A stretch of 64,000 nt of DNA, from the NCBI GenBank assembly GCA_017410245.1, contig JAFQRE010000042.1:136536-200535 (forward strand), in the 5' to 3' direction. Below are positions 45,165 through 54,185 of the stretch, piece after piece. The stretch's first letter is position 1. Each line of letters opens with the position of its first letter. The position numbers and the translations under genes were made by a program. Source of the stretch: Bacteroidaceae bacterium. GTDB taxonomy: Bacteria; Bacteroidota; Bacteroidia; Bacteroidales; Barnesiellaceae_A. The notes beneath the pieces were generated by a model. That model had not been told where the DNA came from. It did not search any database and worked only from the letters and a program-made list of their open reading frames with translations.

Positions 45165-46409
45165 GTGAAAGTAGTACTCATAAATCGCAGCGATATTACC
45201 GGTGGAGCGGCTGTCTTTACCTACCGGTTGATGCAGGCATTGCGCAATGCAGGTGTCGATGCCACAATGTTGGTGTGCGACAAGAAGTGTAGCGATGCAC
45301 ACGTTGTCGATTATTCACAACCCATGCTCGACCGATTTCACTTCTTGGCCGACCGGTTGCAGATATTCTGTAACAACCGATACTCCCGTAGCAATCTCTT
45401 TAAGGTCGATACTGCTTGTTGGGGGCGTGACATCAGCAATCACCCTTTGGTGCGAGAGGCCGATGTCATCATGCTCAATTGGATAAACCAAGGCGCATTG
45501 TCGTTGCGTAGCATCGAGAAGTTGTGCCTATTGGGCAAGCCTGTGATATGGACTATGCACGATATGTGGAACTGTACAGGTGTGTGCCATCATGCCTATG
45601 ACTGCAGTCGCTACAAGCAATCCTGTGGCTGTTGTCCCTACTTGTCATCATCGTCGATGGGTGACTTGTCGCATACTACATGGTGCAAGAAAAACAACCT
45701 ATACAAATTGCCCAATCTCCACTTTGTATCTGTGAGCAATTGGTTGGCCGAGAAGTGCCATGAGAGTAGTTTGTTGCATGCCAAGCCTATCTATGTTATA
45801 CCCAATACCATGCCGGTAGAGACATTTGGCTATCAGCGTATGCCCAATGCCCATTTTGATATACCCGACAATTGTGCAGTGCTTGCCATGGGTGCAGCGC
45901 GACTCGACGACCCTGTCAAGGGATTTGATATGCTCATTGATGTTACACATTATATAAAAGAGAACCTGCCACATCTTGCCCATCGCCTTCATCTCATTCT
46001 CTTTGGCGATATACGCGATGCCTCGTTGTTACAGCAGATAGCTATCCCTCATACCCATGTGGGTAGGGTAGAGCCCGATGCTGTCAATGGCATCATGCAA
46101 CATGCCGATGTGGTGCTATCTACATCGCTGTACGAGTCGTTTGGAGGTACACTTATCGAGGGTCAGGCATCGGGTTGTTTACCGGTCACCTTTGGCAACG
46201 GTGGTCAAACCGATATCGTAGATCATCGGCGAACAGGATACGTAGCCCAATACCGTTCTATTGAAGATTTTGCTCATGGTATCGAGTGGGCTGTTGATGC
46301 AGGTGTAGGTCGTTTGTTATTGCATAATGAGGTTGTAGCGCGTTTTGCACCTTCGGTTGTGGCCTGGAGGTATATCGACCTATGTAACCATTTTATCGCA
46401 ACTCTTTAA
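45165..46409 (+). CDS. glycosyltransferase, GT4-like (GT-B fold)
   Basis: 414 aa, GTG start. GGAAVF at the N-terminus and the Ex7E-type motif YESFGGTLIEGQASG. Confidence 0.8.
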   Translation: MKVVLINRSDITGGAAVFTYRLMQALRNAGVDATMLVCDKKCSDAHVVDYSQPMLDRFHFLADRLQIFCNNRYSRSNLFKVDTACWGRDISNHPLVREADVIMLNWINQGALSLRSIEKLCLLGKPVIWTMHDMWNCTGVCHHAYDCSRYKQSCGCCPYLSSSSMGDLSHTTWCKKNNLYKLPNLHFVSVSNWLAEKCHESSLLHAKPIYVIPNTMPVETFGYQRMPNAHFDIPDNCAVLAMGAARLDDPVKGFDMLIDVTHYIKENLPHLAHRLHLILFGDIRDASLLQQIAIPHTHVGRVEPDAVNGIMQHADVVLSTSLYESFGGTLIEGQASGCLPVTFGNGGQTDIVDHRRTGYVAQYRSIEDFAHGIEWAVDAGVGRLLLHNEVVARFAPSVVAWRYIDLCNHFIATL

Positions 46410-46516
46410 TTTTTTTCTATTTCTTCTTACCGATGGTGTCTGTCATTGACATCATCTCTCCTTTGGCTGTGGTGCAGTGTTATGCTACTACAATAGCTGT
46501 CAATACTTGTGTGTAT

Positions 46517-46550
46517 AAAAAAAAGCGGTGCGTCCATCGGGACGCACCGC
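46517..46550 (-). terminator. intrinsic terminator of the 2077-aa surface-protein gene
   Basis: GCGGTGCGTCC / GGACGCACCGC, an 11-bp GC-rich stem with a 4-nt loop. On the minus strand it is followed by T8 (plus-strand A8 at 46517-46524). Confidence 0.85.
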
Positions 46551-46574
46551 ACATATAGTCGGTTTTATTCTTTC

Positions 46575-49500
46575 TTATTTGTTAAGAAGAACTTTCACAC
46601 CATTGATGATGTAAATACCGTTGTTGAGACGCTCGAGGTCAGAAGCCTTCTTGGTTTGCATTACGCGATAACCATTGAGGTCGTAAACAACATAACCGTT
46701 TACAGGATCAGCTACGATACCGTTGATGCCGCTACCTGTTACTTCAATCTTGATGCGATACTCTTTTGAGTTGGGTACTGCATAGTTGGGATAGTCATAT
46801 ACGCTACCAGCCTCGATAACGAGATATACAGTGCCTTGGTTTGTAATAGGAGTAGTCAAGATGAAGCGTGCCAAGTTGTCGGGGAGCATATTGTCATCGG
46901 CATCATAGTAGCTCGATGTAGTTGTGCTCAATACCTTGCCCGACTCATCAACTACGTTGGGCATGTACAATACAGCAGCACCTGTGTTGAACTCTACAGT
47001 GATTTCGCTCAATTCTTTTACGATAGAGTTTTCAGCAGGAGTAGAACCAATTACGATGACGTCTTCAACGCTGCTGCCACCAATTGTTAACTCGATGTTG
47101 ATGTCTTTCTCCATCATAGTCTCCCAGTCGTAAGCATCAACGATAGTCTTAGCAGGAACTACGAATATGAATGTGTTAGCCTCAACAACCTTGCTATCCA
47201 AGTTGAATACAATAGTTGTTGCACCATTATCTTCGTCACCATCTTTGAGGTCAGCAGACTTAACGTTAGCAATTACTTTACCACCCTTGTCTTGGAGTGA
47301 AGCTTGCTCAAAGTAGTCGTCATAAACAACGGGTTTGTTGAATACGATAGTGATTGACTCGATAGCATCTACAGTAGCGCCATTAGCGGGATCTGATTCT
47401 ACCATAGCAGGAGCCTCCATAACAGGAGCATCTACTGTGAATGTGAGAGTAGTCTCGGCATTGAAGATAGTCTCAGTATCGAAGTCCATTACGTCACCCT
47501 CGGGGATAACGAGAGTATAGATACCATTCTCAGTTACGGGAGTGTTGAGGACATAGCGGATTTGGTTACCGGCAAGACCGGTGAATACAGCACGCAATGT
47601 ACTTACAACATTACCATGAACGTTTTGGATAGTAGCGTCAAGGTTAGAAGCATCTGCTACGGTGATACCCATGTTCCAATCTACAACGATAGACTCGAGT
47701 TTGTTTACAGTAGCACCATTGGCGGGATCAGAAGCAGTTACTGTCAAGCCTTGCTCAACACCCTCTACAGTGTAGTTCAATGCAAATTCTTTGTTGATGT
47801 TGTTGCCAAACTTAACAACGCCAGCGGGGATTGTTACAGTGTAGGCACCGGCAACAGCGTATGACTCCATACCACCGGTGTACATAGGATCAACATAGAG
47901 AACAAGCTCGTTGGCAGCACTACCGGCGCGGGCCATCATGTAGCCGGCGGGCATTGTCATACCAAAGTCGGGATCGGTCATCGAAACAACAGGAATGTTG
48001 GTTCCCATTGCGAAGTCGGGCTCGCAAACAACGATTTCGTCATACTCAGTGAAGGTAATAACAACCTCTTTGAGTTCTTTGATTGTGCTGTTGTTTTCGG
48101 GGGTAGCAGTGTAGGCTGCATCTACTTCCTCGGGAGCTACATAGTCGTTCTCGATTGTGAAGTTCAATACATACTCCTCGGTGTTGAGGTTGTTGTTGTC
48201 GTTGTTGAACTTGATACCACCGGCGGGGATAACAATGCGATAGTCACCCTTGCGGTTGAAAGGTGATGTAAAGTCTTTGCTATAGCAACCGGGATCTACG
48301 CTGAGTGTTACTGTAGTACCACTTGCAGTGGCGTCCATGTAACCGTTTGTACAATCGTTTGCTACGAGTTCATATTTGCCATTGGCATCTTTCTCATAGA
48401 ACCATATGCAAGCATACGAATTCTTAGCTTTGGCCGATTCTATGCCTTCACCGGCAAATGTTACATCAACGCTCTCGAAGCTCTCAACTACAGCACCTTC
48501 TTGCATGCTCCATGTAGCTGTGATGGCAGGAGCTGATTCACTTACTGTAAAGCTGACAGATGTAGAAGCAAGTGTTTCGCTGCCATCGGTTGTCTTCACA
48601 GTGTTTTCGGGGATAACTATTCTGTAAGATTCGGGAGCAAGTGTTTCGCTGAATTCGGCATAAATTGAAGTCTTATCTTCATTTACTGATACCATGCAAG
48701 CACCATAATTCATGCCCCATTGGTCGTAAACAACAAATTGACCTCCGCCATAAAGACCTGATACAACTTGTACCTCTTTGTTGAATTTGATTGTTATACC
48801 CTTGTCGGTATTTTCCGAGCCAACTACTGCGAGTGCTTCAGCACCTTCAATAGTAACGTTGATGATAGTCTCGGGAAGTGATTGAGAGTCATCATCGGTC
48901 TTGAACGAGTTGGCGGGAATTACAATTTGATAGTTGCCACCGTCTTTGATGGGGCTGCTGAGGAAGAACAAGAGGTTCTTAGAGAGGTAGAATTTACCCA
49001 AAGCACCTTGGTGGAAACCTGTATAGTTGGGATAATCTACACCAAATGTAGCGAGTTTTTCGCCATCACCATTCAACAAGTAGGGTTGAGCACCATTGAA
49101 CGAGTCAAGATATACGGGCTCGCTTACCTCAACTTGTACTTCATAAATATAATCTACTACTTCGCCATCGGCGGGAGTTGTCTTAACAATAGAAAGAGCA
49201 GGAGTATTTTCTTTTATTGTGAAGTTAACAACTGTCTTGGTAGAGTATTCGCTGTTGTCATCGGTAGCAAACATGTCAGCGGGAATGTTTAGATAGTATT
49301 CACCGGCTGTAGTGAATGCTTCAGAAGCGTACAAGCGTACTTTTGTTGCAAGAGGTACTGCTGCACCGAAGATGGGTTTGTGCTCACCAACGGGCTCGAG
49401 CATTTCTGCAGAGAGACTTACAACTGTTTTGTCTTCAGTATTCTTAATAGTAGCAGTCTTGTCAGCTTTCCATACGGGCTTGTTGAACTCAACAATGATT

Positions 49501-52500
49501 TCGCTTAATGACTCCAACTCAGCACCCTCGGCGAGAGTTATGCTCTTGATTTTGAGCTCTTCCTCACCTTCGATAGTCCATGTATAAGTCTTCTCGGCAT
49601 TGAGCTTGGGAGTTTGAGTCTCCATGTCGGTAATATACTCTACAACCTTTCCGGCAGGAATGGTGAGTGTGTAAGTACCGGCAGCTGTTATCTCTTCGCT
49701 GAGAGTAATAATGATTGACTCATAAATACCGTCTTCGCCTACGCGGTCGTTGGTAACAGCATTGAGGCTGTATTCTTTACCATCGGCATCGGTGAGAGTC
49801 AAGTCATTTGCTTCACCCAAGTCGGTATCGGTAATAACTTGTATATTCTTCAACGATGTTACAACACCTTCTTCGGGGTTAACGCTGAGGAACTCGATAG
49901 TAGCGGGAGCATCACCGGCGGGTACGAACTCGATGTAGTAGAAGTTCATAGAACCAACCATTGTGATAGTAGCAAGACCGGCCTCTACTTCTACTTCGTG
50001 TACAGTAAATACACCGTCTACCTTGTCAGTGGCATCGCTTACAATTTTGCCATAAAGTTCTTTGTCGTTTTGTTTAACCGAGAGTGTGCGGTCGGTTGCT
50101 GAGCTGCTGCTCGACAAAACGCCAAATACGAGCTTACCGGCAGCAGGAACGTCAGCTGTCAAGTAGTTCTTGTCGGTTTGGGCTTTGATACGTTTAGTGG
50201 CAACGTGACCGTTCGAGAATTTCTTTTCGTTTGCGTCAAAAATCCAAGGCTTAGTTGATTCTTCACCTTGCAAGAATGTGAAGATACCATCGGTAAGTGT
50301 AGGATACTCTGCACCAGCTTCATAGTCTTCGGCATTGAAGATGTAGTCGGGAGTCTCTACTGTACCACCGATAGTCCAAGTGATAGTTTGCTCCTCGATT
50401 TGCTTGCTACCCAAGTATTCAACTATCGAGCCGGCAGGGATGTTCAAGGTGTAAGTACCTTCGGCAGTGATAGCCTCTTTGAGGTCTATTTGGATTCCCA
50501 TGAAGCCAAGGTTGGCAGGCGATGTGTATTGAGCAGGATATACATTGCCTTTGGCATCGGTGATAGTCCAAGTTGAGGGAGCCATGTCAATCTCAACATC
50601 GCACATAACGATGATTTGTTTCAACTCAGTTACATTACCTTCCTCGGGAGTAACGCTCTTGATGTTGATAGCGTTGGGGTTGGTAGCTGATACGATGTAT
50701 TGATACATGATGGCTTCGTTGGGTTGAGCCTCGGCCAATACGAAATATTCGGCAGGAACAACGAGTGTATAGTAACCCTCAGTGGTTTGAGCAGCTTCGG
50801 TAGAGAGTGTAACCGATGTCTCAGTGCTTACACCGGGAGTCAAAGCGATTTGGCTTGAAGCACCTGTTGTGGGATCGGTGAAGCCCAAGAAAGGAGCTTG
50901 ACCACCGAAGAGACCGTTGATGCTGATGCCTTGCTCGCAAGAGAATGTAAAGTGTTGCAAGCTCTTGTTTACCGATTCGTTGGCAGGAGTTACTACCAAC
51001 TCGATGGGTTCAGCACCACCACCTACGGTGTAGGTGATATATTGGGTAGCTGCAGGATATGCTTGGTTCAAAGAACCGGGGCCGAGTGTTACACAACCTT
51101 TGTAGAATACGAAGTCGTAGTTACCGGCTGCGGTTATAGGTTCAGAGAGTACAAGTTCCAATGTGTTGTCATCAACTTGGTTGGCAGTAACAGTAGCAGT
51201 AACGTCCTTACCTTGTATCGATACATATTTCATGCCCGATCCTGATGCAATACCGTCGCTGCAAGTGAGGACGATTTTGTCCAACGTTTCAACTGTTGCA
51301 TTGGCTGCGGGAGTCATTTCCAATGTAGGAACGTGTTTGGCGGCAAGAGTGGGCATGAAAGTGCCTTGGTCGCCATCGGGCATAGCCCAGTTCTTGTAAT
51401 AATCGTCCCATTGAATCCAACGACCGGTCTCGTTGTTAGAGATCTTGGCTTGGCCATTTGCTTGTATTTCTACGCTCCATACACCACCTGTTGCGGGAAC
51501 TGTAGATGAGAGGTTGAACGATTTGTAAGTACCTTTGGCATAGAGGTATTGACCTTTGCTATCCTTGATGTAGTAACCACCATCGGCAGCTTCGAAAGCG
51601 AACTCGAAGAGACCGAATGCACTTACCAAACCATTGTTAACTGTAGCATCGACAGTGTAACCATAACCGTAGTCTTTGCCTTCACCATCAATGGGAAGCA
51701 TTACTGAGTTTTCACCTACAAGTACATAGTTGCCGGCAGCCACTTCGCTGACAGTTTTGTAAGCGTCCAATGTTTTGGCATACTTGATGTAGTATGTTTT
51801 TTTGAAAGTATCACCATAGATACCATCTTTCTCGGGACGAATGCTTACTACTACCGCAGTGTCCTTCTTCCATGAATACATGGGAATGTTACGGGTTTTG
51901 CCTGTACCGGTGTTAGCTTTGTTGTCGACTGTGGGAACAGTTCCATCGTAAGTTACGAGGTAGTTAACAGTGTTGTTTGCCCAGTCAGCAGTCCACTCGA
52001 TTTTACCTTGCATGTCGCTGGCAAAGATGGGAGCGGTAACAAATGAGAGCGAACCTTCGAGCTTGAAGTCGTAAGTGGCAGTAGCAACGTTACTAGCCTC
52101 TTCGCCTACATAAGCAATAGCCTTAACGGTTGTTTTGCTGTTCAACTCGATAGCGGCTTCGTAAAGAGTAGAAGTGTTGTCGGGTGTGTTACCATCGAGT
52201 GTGTAATAGATAGTAGCACCATCGGTCTCGCACTCAAGTTCTACACTAATCTTCTCACCGTAGGTATCGGGAGCTACAGAGAATGTAGGAGTAGCTACCG
52301 ATGAAGCAGCAAGAGTAGAGTAAGTAACGACAGCAGTTGCATAGCGGTTTTGTGTAGATGCACCTGTGTTATCGGCATTACGACTGGCTGTGAAAACAAC
52401 AGTCTCGGCATTGCCACTCCATGTCGCAGTGTGGTCATCAGCTGTTGATACGTTGCCGTTATCGGCTAAGAGTACACCCCATGTTCCGTTTGAGCCGGGG

Positions 52501-52808
52501 TTAAAGACAACACTTGTAATAACAGAACCGGCAGGTGCTGTTACTGTTACAGTGTTACCATCAAGAACGTCGGCAGATTTACCACCATACAGACGTATTT
52601 CTCCTGATTTGTTATAAGCCGGAGCGGTTTGAGAATTGCCCTTTGCAAATGTCATAGTGACACCATCAACCGTCATTGGGTCTTTGGCATCAATTCCGCT
52701 GATTGTTGTAGCACCATAATGTGCTGCAAAATCAAACGTCGCATCTGCAGCGTAACCGGTCAATGCGACGGCTACGAGGCACAGAATTGATAGTAAGAAT
52801 TTTTTCAT
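46575..52808 (-). CDS. giant cell-surface protein: signal peptide, CHB_HEX_C-like domain, at least 12 tandem Ig-like modules, T9SS C-terminal sorting domain
   Basis: 2077 aa. The signal peptide is MKKFLLSILCLVAVALTGYA. GATIYYTLDGNTPDNTS marks the CHB_HEX_C-like domain. Recurring module openings include TPEEGNVTELKQIIV, NPEEGVVTSLKNIQV, DPANGATVNKLESIVV, DPANGATVDAIESITIVF and TPAENSIVKELSEITVEF. The tail is YVVYDLNGYRV...GIYIINGVKVLLNK. Confidence 0.85.
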   Translation of the reverse strand: MKKFLLSILCLVAVALTGYAADATFDFAAHYGATTISGIDAKDPMTVDGVTMTFAKGNSQTAPAYNKSGEIRLYGGKSADVLDGNTVTVTAPAGSVITSVVFNPGSNGTWGVLLADNGNVSTADDHTATWSGNAETVVFTASRNADNTGASTQNRYATAVVTYSTLAASSVATPTFSVAPDTYGEKISVELECETDGATIYYTLDGNTPDNTSTLYEAAIELNSKTTVKAIAYVGEEASNVATATYDFKLEGSLSFVTAPIFASDMQGKIEWTADWANNTVNYLVTYDGTVPTVDNKANTGTGKTRNIPMYSWKKDTAVVVSIRPEKDGIYGDTFKKTYYIKYAKTLDAYKTVSEVAAGNYVLVGENSVMLPIDGEGKDYGYGYTVDATVNNGLVSAFGLFEFAFEAADGGYYIKDSKGQYLYAKGTYKSFNLSSTVPATGGVWSVEIQANGQAKISNNETGRWIQWDDYYKNWAMPDGDQGTFMPTLAAKHVPTLEMTPAANATVETLDKIVLTCSDGIASGSGMKYVSIQGKDVTATVTANQVDDNTLELVLSEPITAAGNYDFVFYKGCVTLGPGSLNQAYPAATQYITYTVGGGAEPIELVVTPANESVNKSLQHFTFSCEQGISINGLFGGQAPFLGFTDPTTGASSQIALTPGVSTETSVTLSTEAAQTTEGYYTLVVPAEYFVLAEAQPNEAIMYQYIVSATNPNAINIKSVTPEEGNVTELKQIIVMCDVEIDMAPSTWTITDAKGNVYPAQYTSPANLGFMGIQIDLKEAITAEGTYTLNIPAGSIVEYLGSKQIEEQTITWTIGGTVETPDYIFNAEDYEAGAEYPTLTDGIFTFLQGEESTKPWIFDANEKKFSNGHVATKRIKAQTDKNYLTADVPAAGKLVFGVLSSSSSATDRTLSVKQNDKELYGKIVSDATDKVDGVFTVHEVEVEAGLATITMVGSMNFYYIEFVPAGDAPATIEFLSVNPEEGVVTSLKNIQVITDTDLGEANDLTLTDADGKEYSLNAVTNDRVGEDGIYESIIITLSEEITAAGTYTLTIPAGKVVEYITDMETQTPKLNAEKTYTWTIEGEEELKIKSITLAEGAELESLSEIIVEFNKPVWKADKTATIKNTEDKTVVSLSAEMLEPVGEHKPIFGAAVPLATKVRLYASEAFTTAGEYYLNIPADMFATDDNSEYSTKTVVNFTIKENTPALSIVKTTPADGEVVDYIYEVQVEVSEPVYLDSFNGAQPYLLNGDGEKLATFGVDYPNYTGFHQGALGKFYLSKNLLFFLSSPIKDGGNYQIVIPANSFKTDDDSQSLPETIINVTIEGAEALAVVGSENTDKGITIKFNKEVQVVSGLYGGGQFVVYDQWGMNYGACMVSVNEDKTSIYAEFSETLAPESYRIVIPENTVKTTDGSETLASTSVSFTVSESAPAITATWSMQEGAVVESFESVDVTFAGEGIESAKAKNSYACIWFYEKDANGKYELVANDCTNGYMDATASGTTVTLSVDPGCYSKDFTSPFNRKGDYRIVIPAGGIKFNNDNNNLNTEEYVLNFTIENDYVAPEEVDAAYTATPENNSTIKELKEVVITFTEYDEIVVCEPDFAMGTNIPVVSMTDPDFGMTMPAGYMMARAGSAANELVLYVDPMYTGGMESYAVAGAYTVTIPAGVVKFGNNINKEFALNYTVEGVEQGLTVTASDPANGATVNKLESIVVDWNMGITVADASNLDATIQNVHGNVVSTLRAVFTGLAGNQIRYVLNTPVTENGIYTLVIPEGDVMDFDTETIFNAETTLTFTVDAPVMEAPAMVESDPANGATVDAIESITIVFNKPVVYDDYFEQASLQDKGGKVIANVKSADLKDGDEDNGATTIVFNLDSKVVEANTFIFVVPAKTIVDAYDWETMMEKDINIELTIGGSSVEDVIVIGSTPAENSIVKELSEITVEFNTGAAVLYMPNVVDESGKVLSTTTSSYYDADDNMLPDNLARFILTTPITNQGTVYLVIEAGSVYDYPNYAVPNSKEYRIKIEVTGSGINGIVADPVNGYVVYDLNGYRVMQTKKASDLERLNNGIYIINGVKVLLNK

Positions 52809-53083
52809 AAAAATTAATTATTTGGTTAGTAAAAAAAGTATTTACTTATATATGGTAAGTTTTTTCTTTAAGCATGTATTAAACTGTACATCTTGGTACA
52901 ATATTGCACAATATTCATTCGTGCAAATATAACATCTTTTTTATTAACCCTATATATAAAATGTGAAAAAAAATGTATTTGCTGTTTTTAAGCATATTTG
53001 TTGATAGAGAGGATAATTAGAACTAATAACTCAACAAAAATAGATGCAAGTTGTGACGTGTATTGCTATGCTCTTGTGGGCAT

Positions 53084-53114
53084 AAAAAAACCGACTAACC
53101 TCACGGTCGGTCGG
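53084..53114 (-). terminator. intrinsic terminator of the collagen-triplet lipoprotein gene
   Basis: CCGACTAACC / GGTCGGTCGG, a 10-bp stem with one wobble and one mismatch and a 4-nt loop. On the minus strand it is followed by T7. Confidence 0.65.
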
Positions 53115-53201
53115 CTCCTATAAAAAAACTATTCTTCTCCTATTATTATTCATAACCATCAACGGGTGTCGATGGTTCACACACCATAAAATTTTATTTA
53201 T

Positions 53202-53687
53202 TTACCACTTAAAGTTCATTCGGAAAGTACATGTAGCAGGAGGTGTTGCTGTGTAGAAGTCGCTATAGTACACATAGAATGCAATGCTATTGCGTGTGTA
53301 GTCGTACTTATACATTTCGCACCACAGCATCTCGCCATTGCCCTCATCGCTACCATAGTAGTTCTCGTAGGGCAGGGGATAGAATATCTCATCGCCATTG
53401 TTGAGGCGACCTACCAAACAACCCGATACTTCGCCCATATTTTCTACAACATATCTCAACTCCTCGGGTGCGTCATTTCCCTCAAAGAGGTACATGTAGT
53501 ATGAGTTGAGTTGGTCGGCTCCGTTTACAAGTTGCCATTGGTGCGATTGTATGGTGAAGTCGTAAACCTTCCAATTTACACCCTCGCCCGGCTCTCCTTG
53601 AGGGCCTTGTGGACCCATAGGACCCATGGGGCCTATACACGATACCATGAGCAATGCCAGAGCAATAACAGATAATACTTTTTTCAT
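53202..53687 (-). CDS. lipoprotein with a short collagen-like G-X-Y run
   Basis: Start at MKKVLSVIALALLMVSC (lipobox, ATG at 53687). It is immediately followed by GPMGPMGPQGPQGEPGEG, six G-X-Y triplets. Confidence 0.55.
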   Translation of the reverse strand: MKKVLSVIALALLMVSCIGPMGPMGPQGPQGEPGEGVNWKVYDFTIQSHQWQLVNGADQLNSYYMYLFEGNDAPEELRYVVENMGEVSGCLVGRLNNGDEIFYPLPYENYYGSDEGNGEMLWCEMYKYDYTRNSIAFYVYYSDFYTATPPATCTFRMNFKW

Positions 53688-53952
53688 ATACATATTTATA
53701 TTAGTGTTTGTCTTATTTAACAACGTAAAGTTATGAATAATTGTTGAACTATGCAATACTATGGTGCAAATATCTCATCTTATAGGTCGCGACACAGCTT
53801 TTTCTTTTATTTTTTGACGTATCGTTGTGTGGTTGGTTTAATAATGTATATATATTGTAATGTAAAAATATGTTAATCGTGCGTTATTTTGCGCTTATGG
53901 CGTGCTATGCAAACAAAATATTTTGCAAATTTGCAGTCCGAAATCACAACCT

Positions 53953-54023
53953 TGTCCTGTGGTGTAATGGTAGCACTCCAGATTCTGGCTCTGTCAGTGA
54001 GGGTTCGAATCCTTCCAGGACAA
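53953..54023 (+). tRNA. tRNA-Gln (anticodon CUG)
   Basis: Hand-folded, 71 nt. The acceptor stem is TGTCCTG/CAGGACA and the D arm is GTGT-AATGGTA-GCAC. The anticodon arm is CCAGA-TTCTGGC-TCTGT, with a 27:43 C-U mismatch. The T arm is GAGGG-TTCGAAT-CCTTC and the discriminator is A. CCA is not encoded. Confidence 0.85.
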
Positions 54024-54031
54024 CACGAAAT

Positions 54032-54070
54032 AGCCGTAACGCATTGCTTATAAATGTGTTACGGCTTTCT
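54032..54070 (+). terminator. terminator after tRNA-Gln
   Basis: AGCCGTAAC (54032-54040) pairs with GTTACGGCT (54058-54066) and the stem is extendable by 3 bp. It is followed by TTTCTCTTT. Confidence 0.55.
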
Positions 54071-54122
54071 CTTTGTAGCGTATCACACTCCTGCCATAGT
54101 TGTAGTGGTGTTACGTATAGCT

Positions 54123-54162
54123 AACGAGGGTGTGTCAAAATACTTTTTGACACACCCTCGTT
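54123..54162. terminator. 18-bp perfect hairpin downstream of purL
   Basis: AACGAGGGTGTGTCAAAA / TTTTGACACACCCTCGTT with a 4-nt loop. The A/T runs lie inside the stem. Confidence 0.55.
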
Positions 54163-54185
54163 GGGTATGGTTTTATAATGCTTTC

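Noticed and set aside
53953-54023. Possibility that tRNA-Gln is a pseudo-tRNA because of the C27:U43 mismatch
   Set aside because: All other stems pair canonically, the D and T loops carry the conserved GG and TTCGAAT elements, and a terminator follows. It is kept as a functional tRNA.
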